64,000 nt of DNA from Candidatus Comchoanobacterales bacterium (GTDB lineage Bacteria; Pseudomonadota; Gammaproteobacteria; Comchoanobacterales; Comchoanobacteraceae). Position numbers and translations under genes: made by a program. Below, piece by piece: positions 1 through 9,760 of this stretch. A model generated the notes under the pieces. It did no database searches and was not told where the DNA came from. It saw only the letters and a list, made by a program, of their open reading frames with translations. Positions within the stretch are counted from its first letter, which is position 1, and every line of letters begins with the position of its first letter. Where the stretch lies: positions 115,172 to 179,171 of the forward strand of contig JBMHDW010000002.1 of NCBI GenBank assembly GCA_049889175.1, read 5' to 3'.

Positions 1-1
1 A

Positions 2-544
2 GGTATGTTATGGGCTCCTTCATATGTTCAGGCGTTTGATGTTAATGATCAATCAATTAATTATTTTAGATTAGAATCTCAGTTTGATTTTTACAAGTCA
101 TTCGACTGGCAGCAGACAATGTTAACCATGCACGCAAAAACAGTCCTTGGATATGGTGACTTAGATGGTGGTAGCTTGGATGTTATACATAGTTTTAAAG
201 CAGGTGGGCCGAATTCACTCCGTGGTTTTTATCCAGGAAGTATTGATGATAATGAACGAGGTGATGTGACTGTGGGTGGTGATTATTTATGGACGCAACA
301 TATTGATCTAAGTACAGATGTTAAGTCATTAGGTGGACGTGTTGCTGTTTATGCTGACGCCGGTTTAACAACACAAAACGTCAGTCGATTGACAGATTCA
401 GCGTGGATTAGAAAGTCAGTGGGCGTTGAGTATCAGTATACTAATTCACCTATTGGTCCTATTACTATTGGCTTTGGTTATCCCATTAACCCTAGAGATG
501 AAGACAAACTACAAAAATTTTATTTTAAGTTTGGAAAAATATAG
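2..544 (+). CDS. bamA: BamA (Omp85) outer-membrane protein assembly factor, C-terminal end only (gene starts upstream of the window)
   Basis: The frame is open to the 5' edge. The C-terminal barrel strands (...GPITIGFGYPINP...KFYFKFGKI) resemble the BamA C-terminus. The gene is followed by skp, as in the conserved bamA-skp cluster. Confidence 0.8.
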   Translation, partial: GMLWAPSYVQAFDVNDQSINYFRLESQFDFYKSFDWQQTMLTMHAKTVLGYGDLDGGSLDVIHSFKAGGPNSLRGFYPGSIDDNERGDVTVGGDYLWTQHIDLSTDVKSLGGRVAVYADAGLTTQNVSRLTDSAWIRKSVGVEYQYTNSPIGPITIGFGYPINPRDEDKLQKFYFKFGKI

Positions 545-610
545 TTTAGTACTTGTGGGAGTCTGTGACCACATGCTAGGATAAATAACACTTAAACGAA
601 AGAGGACTAT

Positions 611-1126
611 ATGCGTTTTAATAAAATAATTTCTTCTGCTATCTTATCTGGTGCTTTACTGGTGTCTGGAACAGCCCAGGCTGATGAGAAAGCCAATCAA
701 TTTGCTTTGATAGATATCAATAAGGTTGCCCAAGCGATTACTGCTTCTCCAAGCTTTAAAAGCCAAGAAGACTCGTTATCTGCTGAGTGGAAAAAGATAT
801 CTGATGCCCGTGCTGATTTACAAAAAAGAGCAACTTCATTTTCTAAGCTAACTGACGAGCAAAGAAAAACAAAGGAAAACATTGCTAAAGCTGAAGCATT
901 ACAGAAAGATAATCAGGCACAGCTTGAACTTGAGAAGTCATTCCAAGATAAGTATTTTCAACAGAAAGAAGCAAGCATGAAAAAGATGACTGACGATGTT
1001 CGCGCTAAAGTCAGTGCATTTGCGAAAAAGCAAGGCTTCAAAATGGTCTTTAATGCTGGTCAAGTATGGTATCCTGGTTCAGCTAAAGATATCACACAAG
1101 ATATTATTAAACAGTTCAACAGTTAA
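611..1126 (+). CDS. skp: Skp/OmpH periplasmic chaperone
   Basis: Signal peptide (MRFNKIISSAILSGALLVSGTAQA) followed by a Lys/Glu/Gln-rich coiled-coil body of about 170 aa. Position is directly after bamA. RBS aagagga lies upstream. Confidence 0.85.
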   Translation: MRFNKIISSAILSGALLVSGTAQADEKANQFALIDINKVAQAITASPSFKSQEDSLSAEWKKISDARADLQKRATSFSKLTDEQRKTKENIAKAEALQKDNQAQLELEKSFQDKYFQQKEASMKKMTDDVRAKVSAFAKKQGFKMVFNAGQVWYPGSAKDITQDIIKQFNS

Positions 1127-1145
1127 TTGCTTTTGGGCTATTTAA

Positions 1146-1170
1146 AGAAAGGGGGGGGGACCCCCTTTCT
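1146..1170 (+). terminator. Strong hairpin AGAAAGGGGG-GGGGA-CCCCCTTTCT containing a G9 homopolymer, between skp and fabZ
   Basis: A perfect 10-bp inverted repeat read directly in the sequence. There is no clear U-tract afterwards, so its role as an intrinsic terminator is uncertain. Confidence 0.45.
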
Positions 1171-1176
1171 CATTGA

Positions 1177-1641
1177 ATGAGTGTTAACAGTTTTATTATG
1201 ACATACAATCTTAAAGATCTAATCCCTCACCGGGAACCTTTTTTACATATTAACCGTATTATCTCTTTAACTGAGAACGATTGTGTAACTGAAAAGGATA
1301 TTGACCCTAAAGACCCAATATTTAAAGGGCATTTTCCTGATAATCCTGTCTACCCTGGGGTTCTTTCACTAGAGGCTATGGGGCAAGCTTCGGGTTGTTT
1401 GTTATCACATATGCTAGGTGATAAAACTCATTTTCTCTTTGCGTCAAGTACAGGCAATCGATTTTTCCAACCTATTTTGCCTAACGTAGGCACATTAACT
1501 GTTAAAGCAACTCTCAAGAAAAAGAGAGGCTTATTTTACTGGTTTACATGCTCAGTATCTCAAGGCGATCAAGTATTCACTTCATGTGAAATTTGTTTGG
1601 TTTTGGCTAAGAAGCATGAGTCATTATCGCATTCTCTTTAA
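1177..1641 (+). CDS. fabZ: 3-hydroxyacyl-ACP dehydratase FabZ
   Basis: Motif HFPDNPVYPGVLSLEAMGQ (FabZ hot-dog active-site region). The true start may be the Met at 1198 (MTYNLKDLIPHREPF). Confidence 0.9.
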   Translation: MSVNSFIMTYNLKDLIPHREPFLHINRIISLTENDCVTEKDIDPKDPIFKGHFPDNPVYPGVLSLEAMGQASGCLLSHMLGDKTHFLFASSTGNRFFQPILPNVGTLTVKATLKKKRGLFYWFTCSVSQGDQVFTSCEICLVLAKKHESLSHSL

Positions 1642-1647
1642 TTCATA

Positions 1648-2793
1648 ATGTCAAAAAAGTTGAATATTATGGTGTCTGCCGGAGAGTGCTCAGGAGACCT
1701 TCGAGCTGCAGAATGTATTCAATTATGGACAGTGTTAGGCGATGTTTCTTTTTTTGGGATGGGCGGGCCTGCTATGAGGTTGGCAGGCTGTGATATACAT
1801 ATCCCTATCGATGAGCACTCTTCGTTTGGCTTTTTTGAGGTTGTCATCGACTTGCCTCGTTTATACGTTAAATTATTTAAATTAAAGTCATTATTAAAGA
1901 CACATCAACCAGATTGTTTGGTCTGTGTGGATTTTCAAGCCTTTAATCTCAAGTTAGCTCGAGCAGCAAAGTCTATGGGAATTCCTGTGCTGTTTTATGT
2001 AGGTCCGCAAATCTGGGCATCTCGACCTCATCGAGCTAAGAAATATGCCAATGTTGTTGACCATTTAGCTGTTTTATTTCCATTTGAGCCTACTTTATAC
2101 AAGCGCTTGCCTGTGAAGGTATCTTACGTGGGTCACCCATTGGTTTCGGCTATTCAAAAAATACCTCATATGACTGCAGCAAGAAGCTTCTTTCAGTTCA
2201 AAAACAATGCTACTTATCTTGGTTTATTCCCTGGGAGTAGAGCCTCTGAGATTAAACGACTATTACCTGTCATGCTAGATGCAGTCAATTTATTACAGAA
2301 TCATACTAACAATCTATATATAGTTTTATCTTTGGCAGAACATTTTCCTGATGATTATTTTCGGCCTTATCTGGCAGATTTTCCTAATATTAAAGTTATC
2401 AAAGGTCAATCTCAAATGCTAATGCAAGCATGTGATGTGTTACTTATATCATCTGGTACTGCAACACTTGAGGCAGGCCTACTAAATAAACCAATGGTTG
2501 TTACATACAGGCTAAATGCCTTAAGTGAATGGCTGGCTAAAAAGTTGTTATTAACACCTTATGTTGCTTTGCCAAATGTGTTATTAAATCGCTGTGTTGT
2601 ACCTGAGTTAATTGGTAAGAAATGTTATCCACTTGCTTTAAAAAATGCATTGATGCCATTGTTAACTTCAGAAAAAACACGTCAAGACATGGTGCAAGAG
2701 CTTAGTCAACTCAATATGATTCTAGGTCAAGAAAGCAAGCCTGCTTCGATGGTTAATGTATTAAAAGAAGTTTTAAATCAAAATAGGGATTAG
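1648..2793 (+). CDS. lpxB: Lipid-A-disaccharide synthase LpxB
   Basis: N-terminus MVSAGECSGD (compare E. coli VAGETSGD), about 380 aa, GT19-like layout. It sits between fabZ and rnhB as in the canonical cluster. Confidence 0.88.
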   Translation: MSKKLNIMVSAGECSGDLRAAECIQLWTVLGDVSFFGMGGPAMRLAGCDIHIPIDEHSSFGFFEVVIDLPRLYVKLFKLKSLLKTHQPDCLVCVDFQAFNLKLARAAKSMGIPVLFYVGPQIWASRPHRAKKYANVVDHLAVLFPFEPTLYKRLPVKVSYVGHPLVSAIQKIPHMTAARSFFQFKNNATYLGLFPGSRASEIKRLLPVMLDAVNLLQNHTNNLYIVLSLAEHFPDDYFRPYLADFPNIKVIKGQSQMLMQACDVLLISSGTATLEAGLLNKPMVVTYRLNALSEWLAKKLLLTPYVALPNVLLNRCVVPELIGKKCYPLALKNALMPLLTSEKTRQDMVQELSQLNMILGQESKPASMVNVLKEVLNQNRD

Positions 2794-3414
2794 TGCTTTG
2801 AGTTGATTGATGTGATTCATAATAACCGGACGCTGACCATAGCCATAGTCAGCCCAAATGAAATCACAGTCTAATTGTTCAGCAAAGCGATAATCTACCA
2901 TAGTGTCACCAATGACTGCACGAATGGGAAATTCTTGTAAATCACAAGGTAATAGATTTTTAAATTTTTCTGCACACGGTTTGAAGGGCGCGCCAAACAT
3001 TGTTCCCAATACAGCAGAAAACCAATTTGAAATCTGGTAATGCTCAATAATGGGAATTAATGATTTTTGATTTCTATTGGATGCAATGATCAGTGTGTAA
3101 TGCTGCTTTAAGGTCTCAAGTGTGAATAATGCATCCTGATACCATTCTCCTAAATGAATTAGATCATTCAAATGAATAGTAAGATAATGATCAGCCATTA
3201 ATTTGTGTTCTTGAGTTGTATTTTCTGGGCATAGATGTTTAAGAGTTGTGGCTAAGTCATAACCTTTCTGATACAGTTGTAACAATCGTTCTGAACTGGG
3301 TTTGGGGTGGCTAAAATGGCATAGCGTTTTTTGAAAACTACTAATGACAGCTGGTTGACTGTCAAACAAAGTGCCATCAAAGTCAAAAATCAGTAAGGGT
3401 TTGGTTGTATTCAT
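2773..3414 (-). CDS. HAD-superfamily hydrolase (phosphoglycolate-phosphatase-like)
   Basis: HAD motif I LLIFDFDGTLFDS at the N-terminus and a C-terminal GD motif (AVIGDTMVDY). The start was moved to the Met at 3414 (MNTTKPLLIFDFDG). The 3' end overlaps the lpxB 3' end by 21 nt. Confidence 0.75.
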   Translation of the reverse strand: MNTTKPLLIFDFDGTLFDSQPAVISSFQKTLCHFSHPKPSSERLLQLYQKGYDLATTLKHLCPENTTQEHKLMADHYLTIHLNDLIHLGEWYQDALFTLETLKQHYTLIIASNRNQKSLIPIIEHYQISNWFSAVLGTMFGAPFKPCAEKFKNLLPCDLQEFPIRAVIGDTMVDYRFAEQLDCDFIWADYGYGQRPVIMNHINQLKALIPILI

Positions 3415-3423
3415 AAGGGTATC

Positions 3424-4020
3424 ATGACAGAAGTATTCACAGAAACCAAGCAATGTTTGTTGGGTGTTGATGAGGTGGGCCGTGGGCCATTAGCAGGTCC
3501 AGTTGTGGCGGCTGCAGTTATTTTACCAGCTGAGCATGCTCTTAACTTAACAGATTCAAAGCAATTATCTGAACGAAAAAGAGAGGCATTAGTTAGTTTG
3601 ATTCAGCAAGAAGCTGTTGCCTATGCTATTGGTGAAGCTTCAGTTGCTGAAATTGAATCACTTAATATACTGCAGGCCAGTTTACTGGCAATGAGAAGGG
3701 CCATTTTAGCCATCAAAGAACCTTTTGACGAGGTTTGGGTGGATGGTATTCACGCTCCTGATTGCGATTATCCGGTGACAACAATTATTAAAGGTGATGC
3801 TAAAGTACCTGCTATATCTGCTGCATCTATCTTAGCTAAGGTCTACCGTGATCAATTAATGATTCAAACACATCAACAATATCCTCAATATGGTTTTGAT
3901 CGACATAAAGGGTATGGCACAAAACAACATATGGATGCTTTGAAACAATTTGGACCTTGTGCATTACACCGTAAAACTTTTGCGCCAATAAGTAAATTTA
4001 TTGAAGGTAATCATGACTGA
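3424..4020 (+). CDS. rnhB: Ribonuclease HII
   Basis: GVDEVGRGPLAGPVVAAAV catalytic motif and ...SILAKVYRD...GYGT. Conserved position upstream of dnaE. Confidence 0.92.
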   Translation: MTEVFTETKQCLLGVDEVGRGPLAGPVVAAAVILPAEHALNLTDSKQLSERKREALVSLIQQEAVAYAIGEASVAEIESLNILQASLLAMRRAILAIKEPFDEVWVDGIHAPDCDYPVTTIIKGDAKVPAISAASILAKVYRDQLMIQTHQQYPQYGFDRHKGYGTKQHMDALKQFGPCALHRKTFAPISKFIEGNHD

Positions 4021-7000
4021 TTTTGTGCACTTACACGTCCATACTGAATATGCTATCCAAGATAGTATTTTGCGTATTGATGGTATGATACAAAAGGTCA
4101 AAGAGGACCAGCAAAAAGCCATTGCCATCACTGATTTGTGTAATACATATGCTTGGATTAAATGTTATAAGAAAGCGATTAGTCAAGGTGTTAAACCTAT
4201 TTTAGGTTGTGAGTTTTGGGTCAAACATCAGCAATGGACTTATCGAATTATTTTATTGTGTCGTAACATGTCAGGCTATTTATCATTGCTGAAAATAATC
4301 AGCCGATGCTATCAGGATGAATCACGAGAAGACACACCTTGGCTAGATGTATCTTGGTTAAATACTGCAGATCTTAATGACTGTATTGTGATCAGCCCAG
4401 GCCTTTATGGGTGGTTAGGATTGCCACAAGAGGATCATATAAAAGCAGCCTCCTTTTGGCATAATATAGCACCCCGTGCTTGCTATTTGGGCGTTCATTC
4501 ATTTGGTCATCATGATTTAGAGACACAGCTTACTTGGGCATCACATTGCGCGAAACAAACATCAATGCCTGTGGTAGCATTAAACGCCGTTTGCTTCTTA
4601 TCACCTGATCAGTTTGAAGCACATGAAGCTAGAGTGTGTATTGTACATGGAGATGAGTTAGGTGATGAGCGCCGAGAAAAAAATTATTTCCCCGAGCAGT
4701 ATTTGGCCACACAAGAAGATATGAAGAAGCGATTTGGTTCTTGGCCAGCATTACTTAAAAATAGTGTTGATATTGCAAAAAAATGTAATTTAGTGATGGA
4801 CTTCTCTCAAACCTTTTTGCCTGAAATAACCCCAGAAAAAGGCCAGTCTTTAAGTGTATACTTCAAACAGCATGCACATGCATGTATGCAGCAAAAATTA
4901 GGTAAAATATCTGAAGAAAAACAATACCAAGATCGGCTTAATGAAGAGATTGATATTATCACTAAGATGGGCTTTATAAGTTACTTTTTGATCGTTGCCG
5001 ATTTTATTCAGTGGGCTAAAGATCATCATATTCCAGTTGGTCCAGGGCGTGGCTCTGGTGCAGGTTCATTGGTAGCATATGTATTAAGTATTACTGAATT
5101 AGATCCTCTTGCTTATGACTTGCTTTTTGAGCGTTTTCTAAATCCTGAGCGGGTTTCTATGCCTGACTTTGATATCGATTTTTGTATGATTTCCCGTGAC
5201 AAGGTGATTGATTACGTTGCTGATCGCTATGGTAGAAATTGTGTATCTCAGATTATTACTTACGGTACTATGGCTGCAAAGGCTGTTGTTCGTGATGTTG
5301 GGCGCACATTAGGTCATCCATATGGTTTTGTGGATAAAATTGCAAAGCTGATTCCTTTTGAAGTGGGTATGACATTAACCAAAGCAATGGTTGATGAGCC
5401 CTTATTACTGGAGCGATACCAGCGTGAGCCAGATGTTAAAAAATTAATCGACCTTGCAAAACAACTAGAAGGTGTCGTCCGAAATGTTGGTCGACATGCG
5501 GGTGGAGTGGTGATAGCGCCCCAACCATTAACTCATTTTGCACCTTTATACTGTGAAGCCGACGGAAGTAATTTGGTGACACAATATGATAAAGATGATA
5601 TCGAAACAATCGGGTTAGTTAAATTTGATTTTTTAGGTCTAAGAACTTTAACCATTATTGATTGGGCTATTGAAATTGTAGCTCGGGTATATCAAGATGA
5701 CGTTGATATTGATGCTATTTCTCTTAAAGATCAGGCGAGTTACACCTTAATCCAAGTCGCAAAAACGGAAGGTGTTTTTCAGCTTGAATCACGAGGAATG
5801 AAGGAGCTCATAAAACGTTTAAAACCAGATTGTTTTGAAGATCTTGTGGCACTGGTTGCGCTTTTTCGTCCAGGGCCATTGCAATCAGGCATGGTTGATG
5901 ATTTTGTTGATAGAAAACATGGTCGTGCTAAAGTAACGTATTTACATCCAGCTTTAGCACCCATTTTACAAACCACGTATGGTGTGATTTTATACCAAGA
6001 GCAAGTTATGAAAATTGCGCAAGATCTTGCGGGCTACACACTGGGTGAAGCTGATTTGCTCCGTCGTGCCATGGGTAAGAAAAAACCCGAGGAAATGCAA
6101 AAGCAGCGTACTATCTTTATGCAAGGAGCCAAGAAAAATAATGTTGATGAAAACATTGCTGCGAATATATTTGATTTGATGGAGAAGTTTGCAGGATATG
6201 GTTTTAACAAGTCTCATTCAGCTGCTTATGCTTTAATTTCTTATCAAACTGCTTGGATAAAGGCAAAATATCCAGCTGCGTTTATGGCAGCACTGATGAC
6301 CTCTGACATGGATGTAACTGATAAATTATGGATTGCCATTCAGGCAGCTAAATCAGAAGGTTTAGTGATATTGCCTCCTTGTGTCAATCAGAGTGACTAT
6401 GCCTTTGATGTCATGCCTGATAGTTATGCCATACGGTATGGGTTGGGAGCTATTAAAGGGGTCGGAAAACAATGGGTTGAAGCCATGGTTCATGAGAGGA
6501 GGAATGGCTCATTCAGAGACTTATTGGATTTTTGTACTCGACTTGCTGAAACCAAGATGAACCGACGTATTTGTGAGGCGCTTATAAGTGCGGGCGCTTG
6601 TGATGATTTTGGTGTTGATCGAGGTATCATGATGGCATCCATTGATTCAGTATTAGCCAGACGTGATCAAATGGTTCAGCAGCGACAAAAAGGGCAGCAA
6701 GATTTATTTGCAACCGCTACACAAGAGCAGTACCATTTGGGGCATTGTGATTACGCTGATGTGCCGCCATGGTCTGCCGTTAAGCGCTGTCAGTATGAAT
6801 TTCAAGCATTGGGTGGTTACTTAAGTCAACACCCTGCCGATGTTTACCGTCAAGAAGCCCAACACATGCGGTTACCAACAATGAGGGCAATCACATCAAA
6901 AACATCTGGGCGTATTAAGTGCTCAGGCATGATTGAGTCAGTTTTATTAAGAACTCAAAAAAGTGGAAAACGTTTTATTGTGCTGACATTAGTAGATGGT

Positions 7001-7405
7001 TCAGGGAGTATCAATGCAACCTTACTAGGAGATAGGGTAAGCCTTTATCAACCTATCTTAGAGGCGCAAAAGATGGTTTATATTGAAGGAGAAGTAAAGC
7101 CGGATCATTTTACAGGAAGTGTTCGTATTTTGGTTGATCATGTGATTTCATGGGAGGCATTAAGAGCAACTTGGCAACAATGTTTAAAACTATCATTTAA
7201 AGATGGTGCTACGTTTAAACAGGATGCCATTACGCTTAAGTCTATTTTGATGCAGTACCCAGGTGATGTTGCAGTTGAACTTCACTATGGTCAAGGTCAA
7301 CAGAGGCAACGAATTGCAGTTGACTTAAAAGTTGCTTTATGTGATGCTTTGTATCAAGCTTTGGATCAAATAATAACACTTTCTCGAGAAGTTACCACTC
7401 AATAA
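4013..7405 (+). CDS. dnaE: DNA polymerase III alpha subunit
   Basis: PHP domain start FVHLHVHTEY, and GPGRGSGAGSLVAYVLSITELDP, FERFLNPERVSMPDFDIDF, LGLVKFDFLGLRTLT, FNKSHSAAYA. The ATG at 4013 has RBS gaagg five nt upstream. Confidence 0.97.
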   Translation: MTDFVHLHVHTEYAIQDSILRIDGMIQKVKEDQQKAIAITDLCNTYAWIKCYKKAISQGVKPILGCEFWVKHQQWTYRIILLCRNMSGYLSLLKIISRCYQDESREDTPWLDVSWLNTADLNDCIVISPGLYGWLGLPQEDHIKAASFWHNIAPRACYLGVHSFGHHDLETQLTWASHCAKQTSMPVVALNAVCFLSPDQFEAHEARVCIVHGDELGDERREKNYFPEQYLATQEDMKKRFGSWPALLKNSVDIAKKCNLVMDFSQTFLPEITPEKGQSLSVYFKQHAHACMQQKLGKISEEKQYQDRLNEEIDIITKMGFISYFLIVADFIQWAKDHHIPVGPGRGSGAGSLVAYVLSITELDPLAYDLLFERFLNPERVSMPDFDIDFCMISRDKVIDYVADRYGRNCVSQIITYGTMAAKAVVRDVGRTLGHPYGFVDKIAKLIPFEVGMTLTKAMVDEPLLLERYQREPDVKKLIDLAKQLEGVVRNVGRHAGGVVIAPQPLTHFAPLYCEADGSNLVTQYDKDDIETIGLVKFDFLGLRTLTIIDWAIEIVARVYQDDVDIDAISLKDQASYTLIQVAKTEGVFQLESRGMKELIKRLKPDCFEDLVALVALFRPGPLQSGMVDDFVDRKHGRAKVTYLHPALAPILQTTYGVILYQEQVMKIAQDLAGYTLGEADLLRRAMGKKKPEEMQKQRTIFMQGAKKNNVDENIAANIFDLMEKFAGYGFNKSHSAAYALISYQTAWIKAKYPAAFMAALMTSDMDVTDKLWIAIQAAKSEGLVILPPCVNQSDYAFDVMPDSYAIRYGLGAIKGVGKQWVEAMVHERRNGSFRDLLDFCTRLAETKMNRRICEALISAGACDDFGVDRGIMMASIDSVLARRDQMVQQRQKGQQDLFATATQEQYHLGHCDYADVPPWSAVKRCQYEFQALGGYLSQHPADVYRQEAQHMRLPTMRAITSKTSGRIKCSGMIESVLLRTQKSGKRFIVLTLVDGSGSINATLLGDRVSLYQPILEAQKMVYIEGEVKPDHFTGSVRILVDHVISWEALRATWQQCLKLSFKDGATFKQDAITLKSILMQYPGDVAVELHYGQGQQRQRIAVDLKVALCDALYQALDQIITLSREVTTQ

Positions 7406-7419
7406 CAATAGGAATCGAT

Positions 7420-7881
7420 ATGCCGCAAAAGTTTGATGTAATAAAAAATATTACTTTTATGATGCCCATTATGTGTTCATTTCTGATGGTTGCCTATCAT
7501 CTTGGTGAGTTTAATGATACTGTTTTTTGTTGCGGTGTTGGTTTGATTGCTATGACTGCGGGAGGAGGGAATATGTTATTTTCTGCATTTGAATCTATTG
7601 TTGGTGATAAGTCGGTTTCCACGATAGCACAATCGTGTTTCAATCACATTAAGGTTGCGTTGACACCTCTGTTTGGTGTAATTCAGCAACTGGCCTCATC
7701 TTTAAGGGATGATCCTGATGTTGAGCATTACCGTAAAGAAAGTTTAATGACAGGCGTGAGCGCAGCTGAAATATCAACAGATACAAAGAGACAGGGTTGT
7801 TTTGATAGAATAGCTTCTTGTTTAAGAGAAGACTATGCAATTGAGGATGATGGCAAACGACCTAAACATGGTTGGTTTTAG
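7420..7881 (+). CDS. Hypothetical membrane protein (orphan)
   Basis: ORF with two hydrophobic segments near the N-terminus and a tight fit between dnaE and ung. No recognisable domain. Confidence 0.45.
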   Translation: MPQKFDVIKNITFMMPIMCSFLMVAYHLGEFNDTVFCCGVGLIAMTAGGGNMLFSAFESIVGDKSVSTIAQSCFNHIKVALTPLFGVIQQLASSLRDDPDVEHYRKESLMTGVSAAEISTDTKRQGCFDRIASCLREDYAIEDDGKRPKHGWF

Positions 7882-8531
7882 TCCAACGTCCAATTGATAA
7901 GTGGTCGCATATTTTGGGCTAACCACTCGTTGGTTAGTTTAAAGTGGTTACAACCGATAAAACCTCGATGAGCAGATAGAGGTGATGGGTGAGGAGCACA
8001 TAAACAGAGATGCCGTTCGGCATCAATCAAAGCTTTTTTTGCTTGAGCGTGCTTTCCCCATAGCAAAAATACTAAAGGTTGAGCATGATGTGAAAGAAGA
8101 CTGATCACCCGATCAGTAAATTGCTGCCAGCCAATGCTGGCATGGGAATGGGCTTGTCCTTGTCGAACTGTCAACGTTGTATTCAGTAACAATACGCCTT
8201 GTTGAGACCATTGTTCTAAGCACCCATGTTTAGCAATAGGAATGTCTAAACTTAATTTCAGCTCTTTAAAGATGTTTTTTAAAGAGGGTGGTGCTGGGAT
8301 GCCTTTAGGCACAGAGAAGCTTAAACCATGTGCTTGGTTTGGTCCGTGGTAAGGATCTTGACCCAAAATAACCACAGATAATTTTTCCCAAGGAGTTAAT
8401 TTAAAAGCATTAAAGGTATTCTCAGTTGATGGGTAAATAATATGAGATTGCCGCTCTAATGAAACAGCATGCATTATCTTTTTGAAATAAGATTGTTCCT
8501 TTTCAGGACCAAGTATTGATGACCATGACAT
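7878..8531 (-). CDS. ung: Uracil-DNA glycosylase
   Basis: Family-1 UDG motifs [18 protein letters not shown] and HPSPLSA. Confidence 0.93.
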   Translation of the reverse strand: MSWSSILGPEKEQSYFKKIMHAVSLERQSHIIYPSTENTFNAFKLTPWEKLSVVILGQDPYHGPNQAHGLSFSVPKGIPAPPSLKNIFKELKLSLDIPIAKHGCLEQWSQQGVLLLNTTLTVRQGQAHSHASIGWQQFTDRVISLLSHHAQPLVFLLWGKHAQAKKALIDAERHLCLCAPHPSPLSAHRGFIGCNHFKLTNEWLAQNMRPLINWTLD

Positions 8532-8641
8532 TACTTATTGTAGACAAAAATAACCGTTGAATGCAATGATTTCCACTGCAGTGCTATTGACCTTTAGCAA
8601 AGTTTGGCCTAATCTACAGAAGTTTTAAAGGAATGTAAACA

Positions 8642-9760
8642 ATGTTAATTGGTGTACCTAAAGAAGTCAAAGAAGAAGAGTATCGTGTTGGTCTAACTCC
8701 TGATAGTGTTTTGGAATTAACACAAAAAGGTCATAGTGTCTTTGTGCAGTCACAGTGTGGAGCAGGTATTGGTTTTCAAGATAATGATTATCACCATGCT
8801 GGTGCCGAAGTTTTGGAAACAGCTGAGCAAGTGTTTGCAGCTGCTGAAATGATTGTCAAAGTAAAAGAACCTCAACCACAAGAATATCATTTACTAAAGC
8901 CTCATCATTTATTATTCACTTATCTTCATTTGGCACCAGATCTACAACAAGCTAAAGGGCTTCTTGCATCAGGATGCAGTGCTATTGCCTATGAAACTGT
9001 GATTAATGATCAAGGGCAATTGCCGTTACTGACGCCAATGAGTGAAGTGGCCGGTCGATTATCCATTCAGGCTGGTGCTGTGGCATTGCAAAAGAATAAT
9101 CGAGGAAGAGGTGTATTATTAGGTGGGGTTCCTGGTGTTTCACCTGCAGAAGTATTAATTATTGGTGGTGGTGTTGTCGGTGAAAATGCTCTAATGATGG
9201 CGTTAGGTATGGGGGCTAATGTTACTGTAATGGATCGTTCTCTAGCGAAATTAAATGAGCTTGATAAGCGATATTTTGGCCGAATTAAAACTGTTTTTTC
9301 AACCTCATTAGCCATATCAGAATACAGTCAAAAGGCTGATATGATTGTTGGTGCTGTTTTGGTTGCCGGTGCAAAAGCACCAAAATTACTAACTGAAGAT
9401 GATGTTGCCAAAATGAAGCCAGGAGCTGTTTTGGTTGATGTTGCTATCGATCAAGGTGGGTGTTTTGCCACAAGCCAACCAACGACTCATAATGAACCCA
9501 CATTTATCAAACATAATGTTGTTCATTATTGTGTTGCCAATATGCCTGGATCTGTACCATTAACATCATCAAAAGCTTTAAATCATGCAACCTTACCGTA
9601 TGTAATGATGTTGGCTGATGGTGGTCTTAAAGCAGTAAAGTCTCATTACGGACTTTTACAAGGTTTTACTGTGCATCAAGGCAATATTGTTCATCCGGCA
9701 GTTGCTGATGCCTTGGGGATGGCTTATGTTGATCCGATAGAGGCTCTACAAAGTGTTTAA
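8642..9760 (+). CDS. ald: Alanine dehydrogenase
   Basis: N-terminus MLIGVPKEVKEEEYRVGLTP and NAD-binding VLIIGGGVVGENA, about 372 aa. Confidence 0.9.
   Translation: MLIGVPKEVKEEEYRVGLTPDSVLELTQKGHSVFVQSQCGAGIGFQDNDYHHAGAEVLETAEQVFAAAEMIVKVKEPQPQEYHLLKPHHLLFTYLHLAPDLQQAKGLLASGCSAIAYETVINDQGQLPLLTPMSEVAGRLSIQAGAVALQKNNRGRGVLLGGVPGVSPAEVLIIGGGVVGENALMMALGMGANVTVMDRSLAKLNELDKRYFGRIKTVFSTSLAISEYSQKADMIVGAVLVAGAKAPKLLTEDDVAKMKPGAVLVDVAIDQGGCFATSQPTTHNEPTFIKHNVVHYCVANMPGSVPLTSSKALNHATLPYVMMLADGGLKAVKSHYGLLQGFTVHQGNIVHPAVADALGMAYVDPIEALQSV

Noticed and set aside
697-882. Short antisense or out-of-frame track ORFs inside well-supported genes. The list is: 697-882, 5779-5976, 5990-6217, 7649-7840, 9067-9315, 14495-14731, 14872-15123, 16419-16601, 17279-17542, 18486-18671, 18689-18910, 19176-19412, 22274-22477, 22798-23040, 24706-24903, 25626-25820, 26182-26364, 26669-26884, 29421-29606, 29818-30039, 33633-33827, 34826-35092, 36487-36765, 37069-37281, 37274-37474, 38302-38628, 38688-38909, 39615-39806, 41094-41297, 41172-41369, 42493-42687, 43272-43484, 43974-44159, 46073-46321, 49636-49839, 49934-50176, 53696-53902, 54716-54907, 55055-55330, 57887-58141, 58158-58352 and 60607-60792.
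   Set aside because: They are shadow ORFs overlapping longer ORFs that have clear homology or family support. They have no RBS or domain signal and show odd composition.
3415-3453. A divergent 30-nt overlap of the HAD ORF (track start 3453) with the rnhB start.
   Set aside because: The HAD motif I (DFDGT) follows a Met at 3414. Using that start removes the overlap, so the longer N-terminus is probably an artefact.
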